A stretch of DNA of 63,616 bases from a virus (IMGVR_UViG_3300011114_000226:1-63616); one strand, 5' to 3'. Counted from the stretch's first letter, positions 29,533-39,029 are shown. Notes: generated from the letters alone by a model not told the origin. A program made the numbers and translations.

Positions 29533-31094
29533 GATTCAATCTCCTCTCGATAAAGGTCAACTAATTTAGTATGCATATCTACTTTACCTTGTAGCATAGC
29601 GTACATCTTCTTCTCTACTTCTGAACCCTGTAAGTGAACGACTGTCATTTTATTAACCTGACCTACACGATCCATACGTGCGATACATTGTAGATACGTT
29701 TCAACCGACATTACTGGAGACCAAAAGACTACCGTGTCTGCTCTTGTTAACGTGACACCATGTGAAGCTGATTGAGGTTGAACTACTAAGACTCTAGGTT
29801 CATCCATCGTTTGAAACATATTAATAATCTGTGCTCGTTGGGTAGCTGATACATCCCCTTGAATAATCGCGATGCTGACATTGTTATCTGTTAGGTGCCT
29901 AGCTACAACTTCTATCGTATGTCTATAAGGAACAAAGACAATAACTTTCTGTTCTGTTTCTTCGATGACCTCGTCTAACGCTTTAAGTCTTGTACTAATA
30001 TCAAACTCAATGACTTCTCTCTTATCCGTGTAGACTGCACCACCTGAGATCTGAAGTAGTTTATTCAGTCCTGCCGCGGCGTTGACAGCACTGACTTGAG
30101 TGCCAGCTGTCTCAATCATCATTTGTTCTTTAAGTAGCTTGTAATACTTCTGTGCTTGTGGGGTAAGAGGTACGTCTCGTGTTTGATACATGACGTCAGG
30201 TAAGTCCAAGCAATCATTCTTAGCAAACCTAATTGCCGGTTGTAATACTTTGAATACTTCATGACGTGCGTTTGTTTTCGGTATCCATTTAAATCTTGTA
30301 ATCTGAGTCATGACTTTGTCACGCCAAGCCATACTAAATTTAGGTACGTTCTGTGGGCATACTAAGCGAGCAAGTCCATAAGCATCTACAGGAGACTGGG
30401 ATGCAGGTGTCCCTGTTAACATCCATAACATGGTTTCAGGTTTAAGTAGTTTAGCCAGCGTCTTCCAGCGCGTAGTAGAAGGGCTCTTATATGCATTAGC
30501 TTCGTCGACCACGATCAAATCGAAGTTACCCTTTTCTATATCTTCACGAACAATCTGAACGCCGTCATAATTAATTACTACGAATTCGTAACCACCTTCA
30601 ATAATCTTTTTTCGTTTGGCAGCTGTACCATGTGCAACCGCGATAGTTCGATGCATAGCTGTGTTCATTACATCCGATTGCCACGCTGAATACATAATAG
30701 ATAAAGGACATATCACAAGAACTCTTTTAACTAAGCCTTGTTGCATTAAATAATCGGCAGCCCAAATAACAGACGAGGTCTTCCCAGTACCTGCTTCGTT
30801 AAAACAAAATGCACGGCGATTGATACTTAAAAATTCTGAGGTAGCTCTTTGGTGATCGAAGGGTCTATACAACCCAGGAAAATTATAATCTCGTGAAATG
30901 GGAGAAGGAAGATTACTTCGGAATGAAACGAGCTGGTTTAACTTTGTCATCTCAGGTACACCCCAGAAGACAATCATGTCTGCTAAGTTGCCACGCCATT
31001 CGATAACTTCTGACTTCTCAATATTGCTTGTGATATGTGGAACGATGTGTTCCGGCACGGTGATTTTTAATGCGGTATTTTCTATAAGTTCCAT
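29529..31094 (-). CDS. SNF2-family helicase
   Basis: EAGTGKT, VVDEA, LTGTP, HGVTLT, ARMDRVGQ. Confidence 0.9.
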   Translation of the reverse strand: MELIENTALKITVPEHIVPHITSNIEKSEVIEWRGNLADMIVFWGVPEMTKLNQLVSFRSNLPSPISRDYNFPGLYRPFDHQRATSEFLSINRRAFCFNEAGTGKTSSVIWAADYLMQQGLVKRVLVICPLSIMYSAWQSDVMNTAMHRTIAVAHGTAAKRKKIIEGGYEFVVINYDGVQIVREDIEKGNFDLIVVDEANAYKSPSTTRWKTLAKLLKPETMLWMLTGTPASQSPVDAYGLARLVCPQNVPKFSMAWRDKVMTQITRFKWIPKTNARHEVFKVLQPAIRFAKNDCLDLPDVMYQTRDVPLTPQAQKYYKLLKEQMMIETAGTQVSAVNAAAGLNKLLQISGGAVYTDKREVIEFDISTRLKALDEVIEETEQKVIVFVPYRHTIEVVARHLTDNNVSIAIIQGDVSATQRAQIINMFQTMDEPRVLVVQPQSASHGVTLTRADTVVFWSPVMSVETYLQCIARMDRVGQVNKMTVVHLQGSEVEKKMYAMLQGKVDMHTKLVDLYREEIES

Positions 31095-31139
31095 ACTAAT
31101 CCAATTAACTAATGTATTAACTCGTTATACTAATCCTGT

Positions 31140-31167
31140 AGTATATCAGTGCTACTTATAATGTCAA
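31140..31167 (-). promoter_or_regulatory. Sigma70-type promoter for the helicase operon
   Basis: TTGACA-N16-TATACT on the - strand in an intergenic gap. Confidence 0.65.
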
Positions 31168-31181
31168 GTATAACTTAACAC

Positions 31182-31436
31182 TTATTTCATTGAACTATCT
31201 TTATTTCTTTTGAATGATCTGTTCTTACTTGGGGCTTCTAATTTAATACCATCTTTATTAGATCCGCCTTTTGATAGCGCTTTAACATGGGCTACATCTT
31301 TGCCTTTACGTGCAACACCTTTAGCATCTAGCTTACGACGTGCGCGTTGACGTTCCATACGGGCTTCGTGTTCACCACGTTCCACCTGTTGGGAGTATTC
31401 GAGTTTATAGGGTCTTGGTTTTTTAGTATCAGCCAT
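31182..31436 (-). CDS. Small basic HNH-like protein
   Basis: KDVAHVKALSKGGSN...NRS. Confidence 0.6.
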   Translation of the reverse strand: MADTKKPRPYKLEYSQQVERGEHEARMERQRARRKLDAKGVARKGKDVAHVKALSKGGSNKDGIKLEAPSKNRSFKRNKDSSMK

Positions 31437-31448
31437 ATTGCTATTATA

Positions 31449-32105
31449 TCATGCGCGGTTAAAGTCACAGGACTTGACTGGACAATATTTGCATAATGGT
31501 GTAGGGTTTGGAGCCCATACATTGTTGGCATATGAGTTATCAAGACGCTCTAAAGGTCCATAGAACTTTTCCCATGACTTGTCAATATCTTTTCTATCGT
31601 ATTCTTCTGTGATAAAAGAACCATGCATAACGAAAAGAAGTCCAGCTTTAATTTTATTAACTTGAGGGAAATGAGCAAACGTCATAAGAGACATAAGCCT
31701 TAACTGTTTAGGGTCGGGATACTTATTGCTACCAGTTTTATAATCCACAATGAAAGCATAATCGTTATCAACGATAAGTAAATCGACAATCCCACGAACC
31801 CAACGTTTAGGATCAGTGAAGTCACATACCGTACGGTCTTTATTAAGAGCCATTTCATATTCAGGATACTTAACACCAGGAATAGCAATGAGGCTATCAA
31901 CTGCATCTTTAAATCTGAGATAATTGACTGCAAGTTCTTTTCCGTCTTTAACATAATCCTCAAGAGCTTTATGTACTTCTGTTCCGTATACCATTTTCTC
32001 TGATGGAATAATTTCGTAATTCTGTGCGACTTTAATTTCATAATATTGTTTAGGGCAATTTTGATATTGCTTGAGAGATGAGTATGACCACGTAAAGTCA
32101 GCCAT
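31449..32105 (-). CDS. PD-(D/E)XK exonuclease (RecB/Cas4-like)
   Basis: SYSSL..Y.NCP, GTEVH, GIVD, VDYKTG, QL, CKYCPVKSC. Confidence 0.85.
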   Translation of the reverse strand: MADFTWSYSSLKQYQNCPKQYYEIKVAQNYEIIPSEKMVYGTEVHKALEDYVKDGKELAVNYLRFKDAVDSLIAIPGVKYPEYEMALNKDRTVCDFTDPKRWVRGIVDLLIVDNDYAFIVDYKTGSNKYPDPKQLRLMSLMTFAHFPQVNKIKAGLLFVMHGSFITEEYDRKDIDKSWEKFYGPLERLDNSYANNVWAPNPTPLCKYCPVKSCDFNRA

Positions 32106-32287
32106 TATACCGGAGTCCTTCTCGCAATCTCTTTAGCTATCTTTGCACGCTTCTTACCCGCTTCTTTAACTTTGTCTAGCATCTCATATAAAACTTTTAA
32201 AGATAAAGCTTTAAGTCTATCCTTGCCCGTCTTTGTTTTAAACGGGTTAGCATGTCGTTTACTCTTGTGTATTTGTTGTGTCGCCAT
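32105..32287 (-). CDS. Hypothetical basic protein
   Basis: Coupled ORF within the operon. Confidence 0.5.
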   Translation of the reverse strand: MATQQIHKSKRHANPFKTKTGKDRLKALSLKVLYEMLDKVKEAGKKRAKIAKEIARRTPV

Positions 32288-32462
32288 GATCTACTTTCTG
32301 GACGTTGCCCGTCGATCTATTAAGTTCATATTCAGGTAATACTTCTTTCTTTTTCCTAAAGATTAAGTCAAAGTTTTTTTCAAATTGTTCTGAGTTTGGT
32401 TTAGATTGCATCCAATCTCCTGTCACATCATTCCTCGCTGTTTTTTTCATTACCATACCCAT
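32259..32462 (-). CDS. Hypothetical protein
   Basis: TARNDVTGD...NFDLIF, a small-phage-protein pattern. Confidence 0.5.
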   Translation of the reverse strand: MGMVMKKTARNDVTGDWMQSKPNSEQFEKNFDLIFRKKKEVLPEYELNRSTGNVQKVDHGDTTNTQE

Positions 32463-33010
32463 GATACAAAACTATCTCGTATCCCTTTCGTCACTGGATT
32501 AACTTTATGCGGATACAAAAAGTTAGATGGGAATATTAATATGTCCCCTTGTTTTAATTTAATTTCCATGTCATCAAACATGATAAATTCCCCGCCTTCA
32601 TAGTCATCATTAAGAAATCCTACGATAGACAATGTCGGTATGCCTTTCATTTTACCATCAAACATATCATGTATGTGATCACAATGTTTAGCCATAGTCT
32701 TACCTTCTCTGTATCGATTAAATCTTATATGAGTAAAACCTTGCCACCCATTAAAGTAATCGTTTTTAAAGTCGGTGAGGATATATTGGCTGATAGCTTC
32801 CCATACTTTTTGTGTAAGTTTGTCGCGTGTTGCAATATTATCCCATGACACATCAAGTTCTTGGTCACCACTTTGAGTTACATACTTACCATCGGCATTA
32901 TAAAATACATGTTGTTTCCATGTAGCTTCATCTATTTCTTTTCTTATTTGGTCACATAACTCTTTATCAAGCCATGGATATACTTTGATATAGTCTGTTA
33001 ACTTATCCAT
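32450..33010 (-). CDS. 2OG-Fe(II) oxygenase (prolyl-4-hydroxylase-like)
   Basis: HCD...LNDDYEGGEF...FPSNFLYPHKV.PV..GIR.S. Confidence 0.85.
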   Translation of the reverse strand: MDKLTDYIKVYPWLDKELCDQIRKEIDEATWKQHVFYNADGKYVTQSGDQELDVSWDNIATRDKLTQKVWEAISQYILTDFKNDYFNGWQGFTHIRFNRYREGKTMAKHCDHIHDMFDGKMKGIPTLSIVGFLNDDYEGGEFIMFDDMEIKLKQGDILIFPSNFLYPHKVNPVTKGIRDSFVSWVW

Positions 33011-33620
33011 TTTTAAACTCTGTCAATGATTTGTTATCGCCTAAAGTTCCCTTAATAAAAGAATTAAATGCAAGGCTAACTCTTACATCGTCGGCTATTA
33101 CATCTTCTACATGATGCGTTAAGCTTGAAGGAAACATAACTATACCGCCTGTCTTAACATTAAACCACCATGAGTCGGAGTTCATAATGTCAAAGGTATC
33201 AGTAGCTAATTGCAGTTGTTTGTAACCTGACCTATGAAATGTAATCTTATCTTTAGTCGAGTCAGTAGATATATAAAATACGCCTGATATAAAACTATTT
33301 GGATGTTCATGCTTATGATGGAATTCGCCTTTCTTAGTCCAATTAAGCCATGACTGTGTAACAAAAGCTTCGGCTGGGTATTTAGGTTTATATACACGCT
33401 TAACATATTCATTAAGCTGTTCAGTCACAAACTTATTTAAATCCGCCATCTCAGGCTCATTAAGTATGTAATTGTTGTTAGATGTAACATTGCCTACGTT
33501 ACGATTGGTAGATGTTGAATGGCTTTCTATATATGCAAGTTCTTTTTTAGTAAAATCTCTGCCGATGTTATTAAACATAACAGGGGTCGGGAATAATAAT
33601 TCAAAGTTTGGTTCATTCAT
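33003..33620 (-). CDS. Putative 2OG-Fe(II) oxygenase (TIGR02466-like)
   Basis: LFPTPV, SWLN, HEHPNSFISGVFY, FPSSLTHHV, RVSLAFN. Confidence 0.85.
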   Translation of the reverse strand: MNEPNFELLFPTPVMFNNIGRDFTKKELAYIESHSTSTNRNVGNVTSNNNYILNEPEMADLNKFVTEQLNEYVKRVYKPKYPAEAFVTQSWLNWTKKGEFHHKHEHPNSFISGVFYISTDSTKDKITFHRSGYKQLQLATDTFDIMNSDSWWFNVKTGGIVMFPSSLTHHVEDVIADDVRVSLAFNSFIKGTLGDNKSLTEFKNG

Positions 33621-34107
33621 AATTGGTCTGTATGTCCTTTAATAAGTCATTGAAGCTTAACTCATCTTTATTTTTAGCAAATTCAATGCTCATCAAGTAT
33701 CGGGTCGTTTCAAAATTATACACCGTATGAGGCACTTGCGTATTAAATAAATAATAAGTGCCAGGTTTGTATTTTAACTCTTGAATAGTAGAAACGATTT
33801 GATCTGTATCAAACTTAAACGCACAAAAACTTCTCGTATTGGGGGTAAGTAACATATTGACACCGACACCGCGTCTTGTATCTGTGTGCCAATCATAGCA
33901 AGTATAGGGATCATACTTTAAGATGCCCACAATATAGTTATATCTTTGGGACAGCCATATAAAGAATGGGTCTTCATATAAAACTTCAGGTGGTATTAGC
34001 CTTGCACCAAAATGATAGTAAGGTAGCCAGTCGCCCGGTGATATTGCTATATCAAATAGCTTGTTGGTAATGGTAGATTTCTTACCTATTTCATAGTATG
34101 GCTTCAT
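33613..34107 (-). CDS. Cupin/2OG-Fe(II) oxygenase-like protein
   Basis: WHTD...FNTQVPHTVYN...RYLMS (HxD...H...RxxxS). Confidence 0.6.
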   Translation of the reverse strand: MKPYYEIGKKSTITNKLFDIAISPGDWLPYYHFGARLIPPEVLYEDPFFIWLSQRYNYIVGILKYDPYTCYDWHTDTRRGVGVNMLLTPNTRSFCAFKFDTDQIVSTIQELKYKPGTYYLFNTQVPHTVYNFETTRYLMSIEFAKNKDELSFNDLLKDIQTNYE

Positions 34108-34724
34108 TTAAAATATCTTTCTGAATGTTTGTTGCTCTTATTTAAATTCCATTTAGCAGGTACTACTTCTATATTGTTGTAAACGTTTGTTCCCCCTATA
34201 GATATAGGTATTGTGTGGTCTACATGCCACCTAGTATTAAACAATTCTTCTCTTAATATTCTTAACAAATGGGCTTCTTTTAAAACAAACTTGTCAAAGT
34301 CCGTCATATTTTTTTCTATTGCTCTTTTTCTAGCATCTTTTATTGCAATTAATGCACGTTGGCTAGGGGTTCTATTTTTTCTCCGCTGGGCTTCTTTACC
34401 TTTTTCGGTTTTGTTCCATCGCTTCTTCCATTCTTGTTTAGTTTTTCGAGCAAGTGGATTATTTTGAAGGTATCTTTTTATTATCGCCCGTCTAAGAGCA
34501 CGCCCCTTTTCAGTTTTAATATATGCTTTTTTTCGTATGTTTCTTCTACGCCAAGCAAATTCTTTTCTTAAACATTTTCTTTTTGCCTTGCTTTCTTTAA
34601 CCGCAATTAATATTAATTGCGTTTCCATTCGTTTCTTTTGTTTTAATATTTCTTTTTCTTCTAAAGTAAATTGATTTAGAAATTTTCGTCTTTCTCGTCT
34701 CGTAGCTAAATCTTTATACGGCAT
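34104..34724 (-). CDS. HNH homing endonuclease
   Basis: Very basic N-terminus; WHVDHTIPI..GG....NIEVVPAKWNLNKSN; TAATG-coupled to the polymerase. Confidence 0.8.
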   Translation of the reverse strand: MPYKDLATRRERRKFLNQFTLEEKEILKQKKRMETQLILIAVKESKAKRKCLRKEFAWRRRNIRKKAYIKTEKGRALRRAIIKRYLQNNPLARKTKQEWKKRWNKTEKGKEAQRRKNRTPSQRALIAIKDARKRAIEKNMTDFDKFVLKEAHLLRILREELFNTRWHVDHTIPISIGGTNVYNNIEVVPAKWNLNKSNKHSERYFK

Positions 34725-36589
34725 TAGCACTCTCCATAACTTGCTCCGTCATGTGCCTCACACGCTACAGGTAGCCCTGTTGCCCAGATAGGAGGAGTTG
34801 ACATAGTGGACATTATAAAGGAGAGAGCTTCTTCCACGTCTGCCTCTGGAACAACATTGACTACCGCATCGTGAACAGTGAGCACAGGTCGATACTTCTT
34901 ATTAATCTCTATCATCTGTTCGCCTACAATAATTCGTGCTAGTGCTTGAACTACATTCTCTACGACTGATCCACCCCATATAGAGTTAACACCCCGTCTA
35001 GACTTATATGTGAATTTAGATTTAGCTTCTGAGGTATCCCATTTAAGATCAGGGTAATAGATATAAAGACCGTTAGGTAACTTAATACCTTTAGGTGTAA
35101 TGAGTAAGGACTTACGTGCATCTAAGTAATAGGGTTCTTTTCCGTCTTTCCATAACGACATGTCTTGTAGTGCATCATCGCATGCTTTCCATAAGTCAAT
35201 TACTTTATTATTAACTTGGCGATACACGCCTACTAACCGTTTACATTCTTGGTCATCTAAATCCACACCTGCCGATATCTTTAACGTCTGTTGTAGCTTA
35301 CTCCATCCAGTGCCATAGCCTAGTCCTAGAATACAAGTCTTACCTACCGCACGTTCAGTCTTATCATCTTTAGTAATTGTCTTGCCATAAATCTTTGATG
35401 CAAATTCTGAGTATACATCTCGACCTTCTTCATACCAGCTAACTACATCGTTCTGTCCGGCTAACCATACAAGAACCCTTGCTTCAATTTGAGATGAGTC
35501 GCAGTTAATAACCCGATGTCCTTCGGGTGGGATGATGGCATTCTTTAAGGCTTTCTTTTTCTTATCTCTTGCTGGTAAGTTTTGGAAGTTAACTTTGTCC
35601 GATCCTGCCCATCGACCCGTATGTGCGCCGTAATACTTAAGAGGAATAGGCAGCTTGCCCTTATTACGCGACCCAATACCGATGAACCTTTCAATTCTAC
35701 TCTCCTCAATAGTTGACTTCGTACCTAACCTTACACGACATAATTCTTGAATGAAGGGATCTTCATGCTCGCATAAATCTAGAAAGCCCTGATCACCCTT
35801 GGCTAAAGCGAAAGTATCTTTTCCATTTGCCGGAGATATTTTAGTAGGCACTACAACGCCCAATTCTGTGAGTATCTCAGCAAATTGTTTGTTACTTGCA
35901 AGCTTGCCTCTGACGCATTCTTCTGTATCACATTCTAATCTTGTCATCAAACCTTTTAATAGCTCTGACTTTTCTAGTTGGACTTCTTCTAATCTGTCTT
36001 GCAATAAGCCATCGTCGACTTCTAAGACAGGCTCTGTATACATGCGTAAGGTTATGTCAATCAGTTTGATCTCTGACTCTGGGAATTCTGGGGCTAACAC
36101 TTGGAATAATTTGTAAGTAAGTTCTACGTCGTTCTTGCAGTATGAACCATATTGCGCTAAGTCATTCATGCTAAAGTCTTCTAGTCGTTTACCTTTAGCG
36201 TCGATAACTTCTGTGCCTTTACGACCTAGATTGTATTTCTCCACAAGAAAAGCGAGGCTTCCACCCACGTCCACGCCATGTTTAGCGCGTGCCATAGACA
36301 ACGTATCCAAATAGACAGCAGGAATGATATTAAAAATGAATGCAAGAATAGCCCCATCGAACTGTGTGTTGTGGCATAAGAGGACAGAGCTTTTCCAGTC
36401 GATTGTATCCAGCTCTTGCTTGATCGCATTATGTGTGCCTGTAATCCACTTTGTTTCCCCATCATCAATCTTAATACCCACGCCGATGACTTGGAATCTT
36501 TCATGTCTTATGTATTCTTCTGTGGTTAGATTGGTTAGTGAAAACCCTGTTTCATAAAAGGTTTCGAAATCTAGGGTAACAAGTTGCAT
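34724..36589 (-). CDS. DNA polymerase family A with 3'-5' exonuclease domain
   Basis: LDFET, HNTQFD, HTGRW, NFQNLP, DSSQIEAR, KTCILGLGYG, TVHD. Confidence 0.92.
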   Translation of the reverse strand: MQLVTLDFETFYETGFSLTNLTTEEYIRHERFQVIGVGIKIDDGETKWITGTHNAIKQELDTIDWKSSVLLCHNTQFDGAILAFIFNIIPAVYLDTLSMARAKHGVDVGGSLAFLVEKYNLGRKGTEVIDAKGKRLEDFSMNDLAQYGSYCKNDVELTYKLFQVLAPEFPESEIKLIDITLRMYTEPVLEVDDGLLQDRLEEVQLEKSELLKGLMTRLECDTEECVRGKLASNKQFAEILTELGVVVPTKISPANGKDTFALAKGDQGFLDLCEHEDPFIQELCRVRLGTKSTIEESRIERFIGIGSRNKGKLPIPLKYYGAHTGRWAGSDKVNFQNLPARDKKKKALKNAIIPPEGHRVINCDSSQIEARVLVWLAGQNDVVSWYEEGRDVYSEFASKIYGKTITKDDKTERAVGKTCILGLGYGTGWSKLQQTLKISAGVDLDDQECKRLVGVYRQVNNKVIDLWKACDDALQDMSLWKDGKEPYYLDARKSLLITPKGIKLPNGLYIYYPDLKWDTSEAKSKFTYKSRRGVNSIWGGSVVENVVQALARIIVGEQMIEINKKYRPVLTVHDAVVNVVPEADVEEALSFIMSTMSTPPIWATGLPVACEAHDGASYGEC

Positions 36590-36704
36590 AGTTTTCCTAT
36601 GTTATTAATTAGTGCTATCTCATGCAAACGACAGATAGCGGTGCCGTATTGTTGATGTGACTAAAGGGGAGGCTTTAGGTCACCCTACTTGCATTGTAGG
36701 TACT

Positions 36705-36780
36705 TGGTGGGCTACTCGCGGTTATATAATAGCAAAAATACCATCACGAATTTTCATATATAAATAAAGTGCTTTCGCCC
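36705..36780 (-). ncRNA. Candidate structured RNA with a loop-E/sarcin-ricin-like internal loop
   Basis: GGGC-GAAA-GC...GC-GAGUA-GCCC-ACCA closing a long hairpin in intergenic DNA. Confidence 0.4.
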
Positions 36781-36787
36781 GTTGACT

Positions 36788-37054
36788 CTATATGACTGAT
36801 AATAATAGCAGTATAGCTACCACTACGGCAAACATTATTTTACTGTTTCTATCTTCATTCTTTTCAAAGTTATCTTGTTTGTATGGTGCGCCCCATGCTT
36901 CTCTTGCTGAACGCGGTGTAGGTCTATCAAACGCATCGGGATTAAAAAATCTCCAGCCTTTCTTAGCATTCTTTTTAAATACTTTCATTTGCCATGATTC
37001 AAATTCTCGTATAGCCATTCTTGCACTCGGACTAAAGTTACTTGTATTACTCAT
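36788..37054 (-). CDS. Hypothetical protein with C-terminal transmembrane helix
   Basis: AAGGAG RBS before ATG 37054 (MSNTSNF); TPRSAREAWG; hydrophobic tail. Confidence 0.6.
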   Translation of the reverse strand: MSNTSNFSPSARMAIREFESWQMKVFKKNAKKGWRFFNPDAFDRPTPRSAREAWGAPYKQDNFEKNEDRNSKIMFAVVVAILLLLSVI

Positions 37055-37055
37055 A

Positions 37056-37265
37056 TCAATTCTCCTTTTTCTTTTGGTAGCTTTCAAATTCGTTTCGGCA
37101 TTGAATTGAACACCAACGTCGGTCATCCTTAATCGGTTCTTCACACCAGATACATGCCCCTGTCTGATTAGAAGGTTTTTTGATTTGTTCATGTGCGTTC
37201 CTTATACCGACATCGATGGCGTGTTGCATTAAATCATTAGCTACGTCGGCGTCATCTCCCATCAT
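37056..37265 (-). CDS. DksA/TraR-like C4 zinc-finger protein
   Basis: N-terminal DDADVAN acidic tip; CIWC...RRWCSIQC. Confidence 0.7.
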   Translation of the reverse strand: MMGDDADVANDLMQHAIDVGIRNAHEQIKKPSNQTGACIWCEEPIKDDRRWCSIQCRNEFESYQKKKEN

Positions 37266-38330
37266 ACGTTATATTTCATCCCTTGCCTTTTTGTATTTGT
37301 TTCTGAGGTATTATTAAAATACCCATTCCACTTGGTATTTGCCCCTTTAGGTAATGCTTTAGGTAATTTAATTAAACCTTTTTTATCTAGCTCTCTTATC
37401 CTTATGGCAGTTCCTGTGGCGTTTAATACAATTTGATTACGCGTTGCGTTTGGATACTTTTCCATATACTGATTTACTGCTTCGATGATTTGCTCATCTG
37501 TTTTTTTGCTATTCATTAAAACAAACACTCCCCTACTAATTTAAATAAATCTTCTTTAACCTGTTCTACTTTCTCAAGTCTGATTACTTTAGCATGAGGA
37601 TTCTTTTCTGTAAACCATTTAGCTTCCTTGACAGACCATCTATATTGGCGTATGACTTCACCCTCATCGTCCACTACTGCATAACTAAATGGAATCATGG
37701 TGCTAAAGTTCTTACTTCAAAACATTCAAGGTGTGACTTCACATAAAAGTTTGGTCTAATCTCTTCATAGAGTTCGCCTTGCACACACTTAAGATTCATA
37801 CTATATTTCTTTTGCACATGAATAGATTGCATGATTGCCCATGTAAGTAGCGCGCCTAATATAAATCCTACTATGATAAACCCTGTGCCTTCGTATTTTT
37901 TATCCATCATACTCTCCTATATTGTCTGTATATTCTACACATTTTCTTGCCTTGTGCAACATTGACTAAATTACATTTTGTGATAGGTTTATTTTGTGCG
38001 ATTAGGTATTGCTCACCCGCCAACTGAATGCTACCTTGCACAGCTATGTTGGTTGCTATCTCAGCACACCCTGTTAAACTAAAGACCATTAAAAGCTTCA
38101 GTAAGTCTTTGTGTAGACTCCCGATAACTTTTAATTCCTGTAATCTTTTCAGCATTTGCTTCGTCTTTATATAATGGGGTGATCGTAATATAATGTTTCT
38201 TATTAGGAAGGTCTCGTATCCACGACAACTCTTTGGGGCGGAACTGTGTTATCGATGACCATACTAAATCACCATTAACATTGAATTCCTCCGTTGACCA
38301 TGCGTATGGTTGTTTAAGGGTTTCTTGCAT
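37262..38330 (-). other. Run of small hypothetical genes: 37262-37528, 37516-37698, 37695-37910, a lipoprotein-like ORF ending at 37907, and 38079-38330
   Basis: Overlapping, coupled - strand ORFs; LLMVFSLTGC lipobox-like motif in the ORF ending at 37907. Confidence 0.55.
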
Positions 38331-38700
38331 ATTTACTTCCGCCTTGTTTATAAAATATTAAATTCGACCATTTTACTACAGGTTGCAATCCTGTCCATGA
38401 TCTTGGTTTCTTTATTGTTGTGTCATGAAAGTGAGTGGCTCCATAACTATAATCTACTTCTAATCTATGTAATACTTTGTATGCTATGTTTCTATATTCT
38501 TGTCGGATCACCGAAGGTGGCTTGGTTAAACCATACCAACTAAACTGCGCGGGTCTCTTCATCTCATAACATACGTTCCTATGATTAAAATCAGCTCTAC
38601 GCATTAAAACGTAGCCTACGGCGATTTGCGCTTCGCGTGGCTCATGAGCGGACTCCATGTAAATGGTTGTGGCTAGGCACAATAAGGCTTGGTCAAGCAT
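38314..38700 (-). CDS. SleB-like cell wall hydrolase (Hydrolase_2)
   Basis: CLATTIYMES..E...QIAVGYV..R...QFSW...GATHFH. Confidence 0.85.
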   Translation of the reverse strand: MLDQALLCLATTIYMESAHEPREAQIAVGYVLMRRADFNHRNVCYEMKRPAQFSWYGLTKPPSVIRQEYRNIAYKVLHRLEVDYSYGATHFHDTTIKKPRSWTGLQPVVKWSNLIFYKQGGSKYARNP

Positions 38701-38741
38701 AAGCTTCCCCCTTCTTCTTTATCACTGGTTTCAGTAATCTT

Positions 38742-39029
38742 TTAGGATTGGTTCTCTTCGTGAGAAATTAATTTGTCTAGATACCATCGGGCTTTTTTTA
38801 AGTCCTCGATACCGTTCTTGAATTTGTATCTCCAAATATACTTAATGACGTTAGCTACGCAAACTGCGCTGATGCCTATCAATCCTTTAGTAGATTCTTC
38901 AATAGCGTCGATGCACTCAATCTTGCCTTGAGTGTAGTGTGATGGGTGGTTAACATTGTCTCCTGCACCCGTATGTTTTACTGCTTTACTTCCTGTGTAA
39001 CTATGTAATATCTTCTTTAACCTAGTCAT
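38742..39029 (-). CDS. DUF3310-family protein
   Basis: DNVNHPSHYTQGKIECIDAI...NVIKYIWR...EDLKKARWYL. Confidence 0.85.
   Translation of the reverse strand: MTRLKKILHSYTGSKAVKHTGAGDNVNHPSHYTQGKIECIDAIEESTKGLIGISAVCVANVIKYIWRYKFKNGIEDLKKARWYLDKLISHEENQS

Noticed and set aside
31449-32105. Cas4 as evidence of a CRISPR system
   Set aside because: Stand-alone phage exonuclease in the replication module; no cas genes or array
36705-36780. tRNA gene (76 nt, ends in ACCA)
   Set aside because: No T-loop GTTC, D-arm or cloverleaf; kept only as an ncRNA candidate
37055-37192. N-terminal extension of ORF 36788-37192
   Set aside because: Overlaps the DksA/TraR-like gene; a good RBS supports ATG 37054
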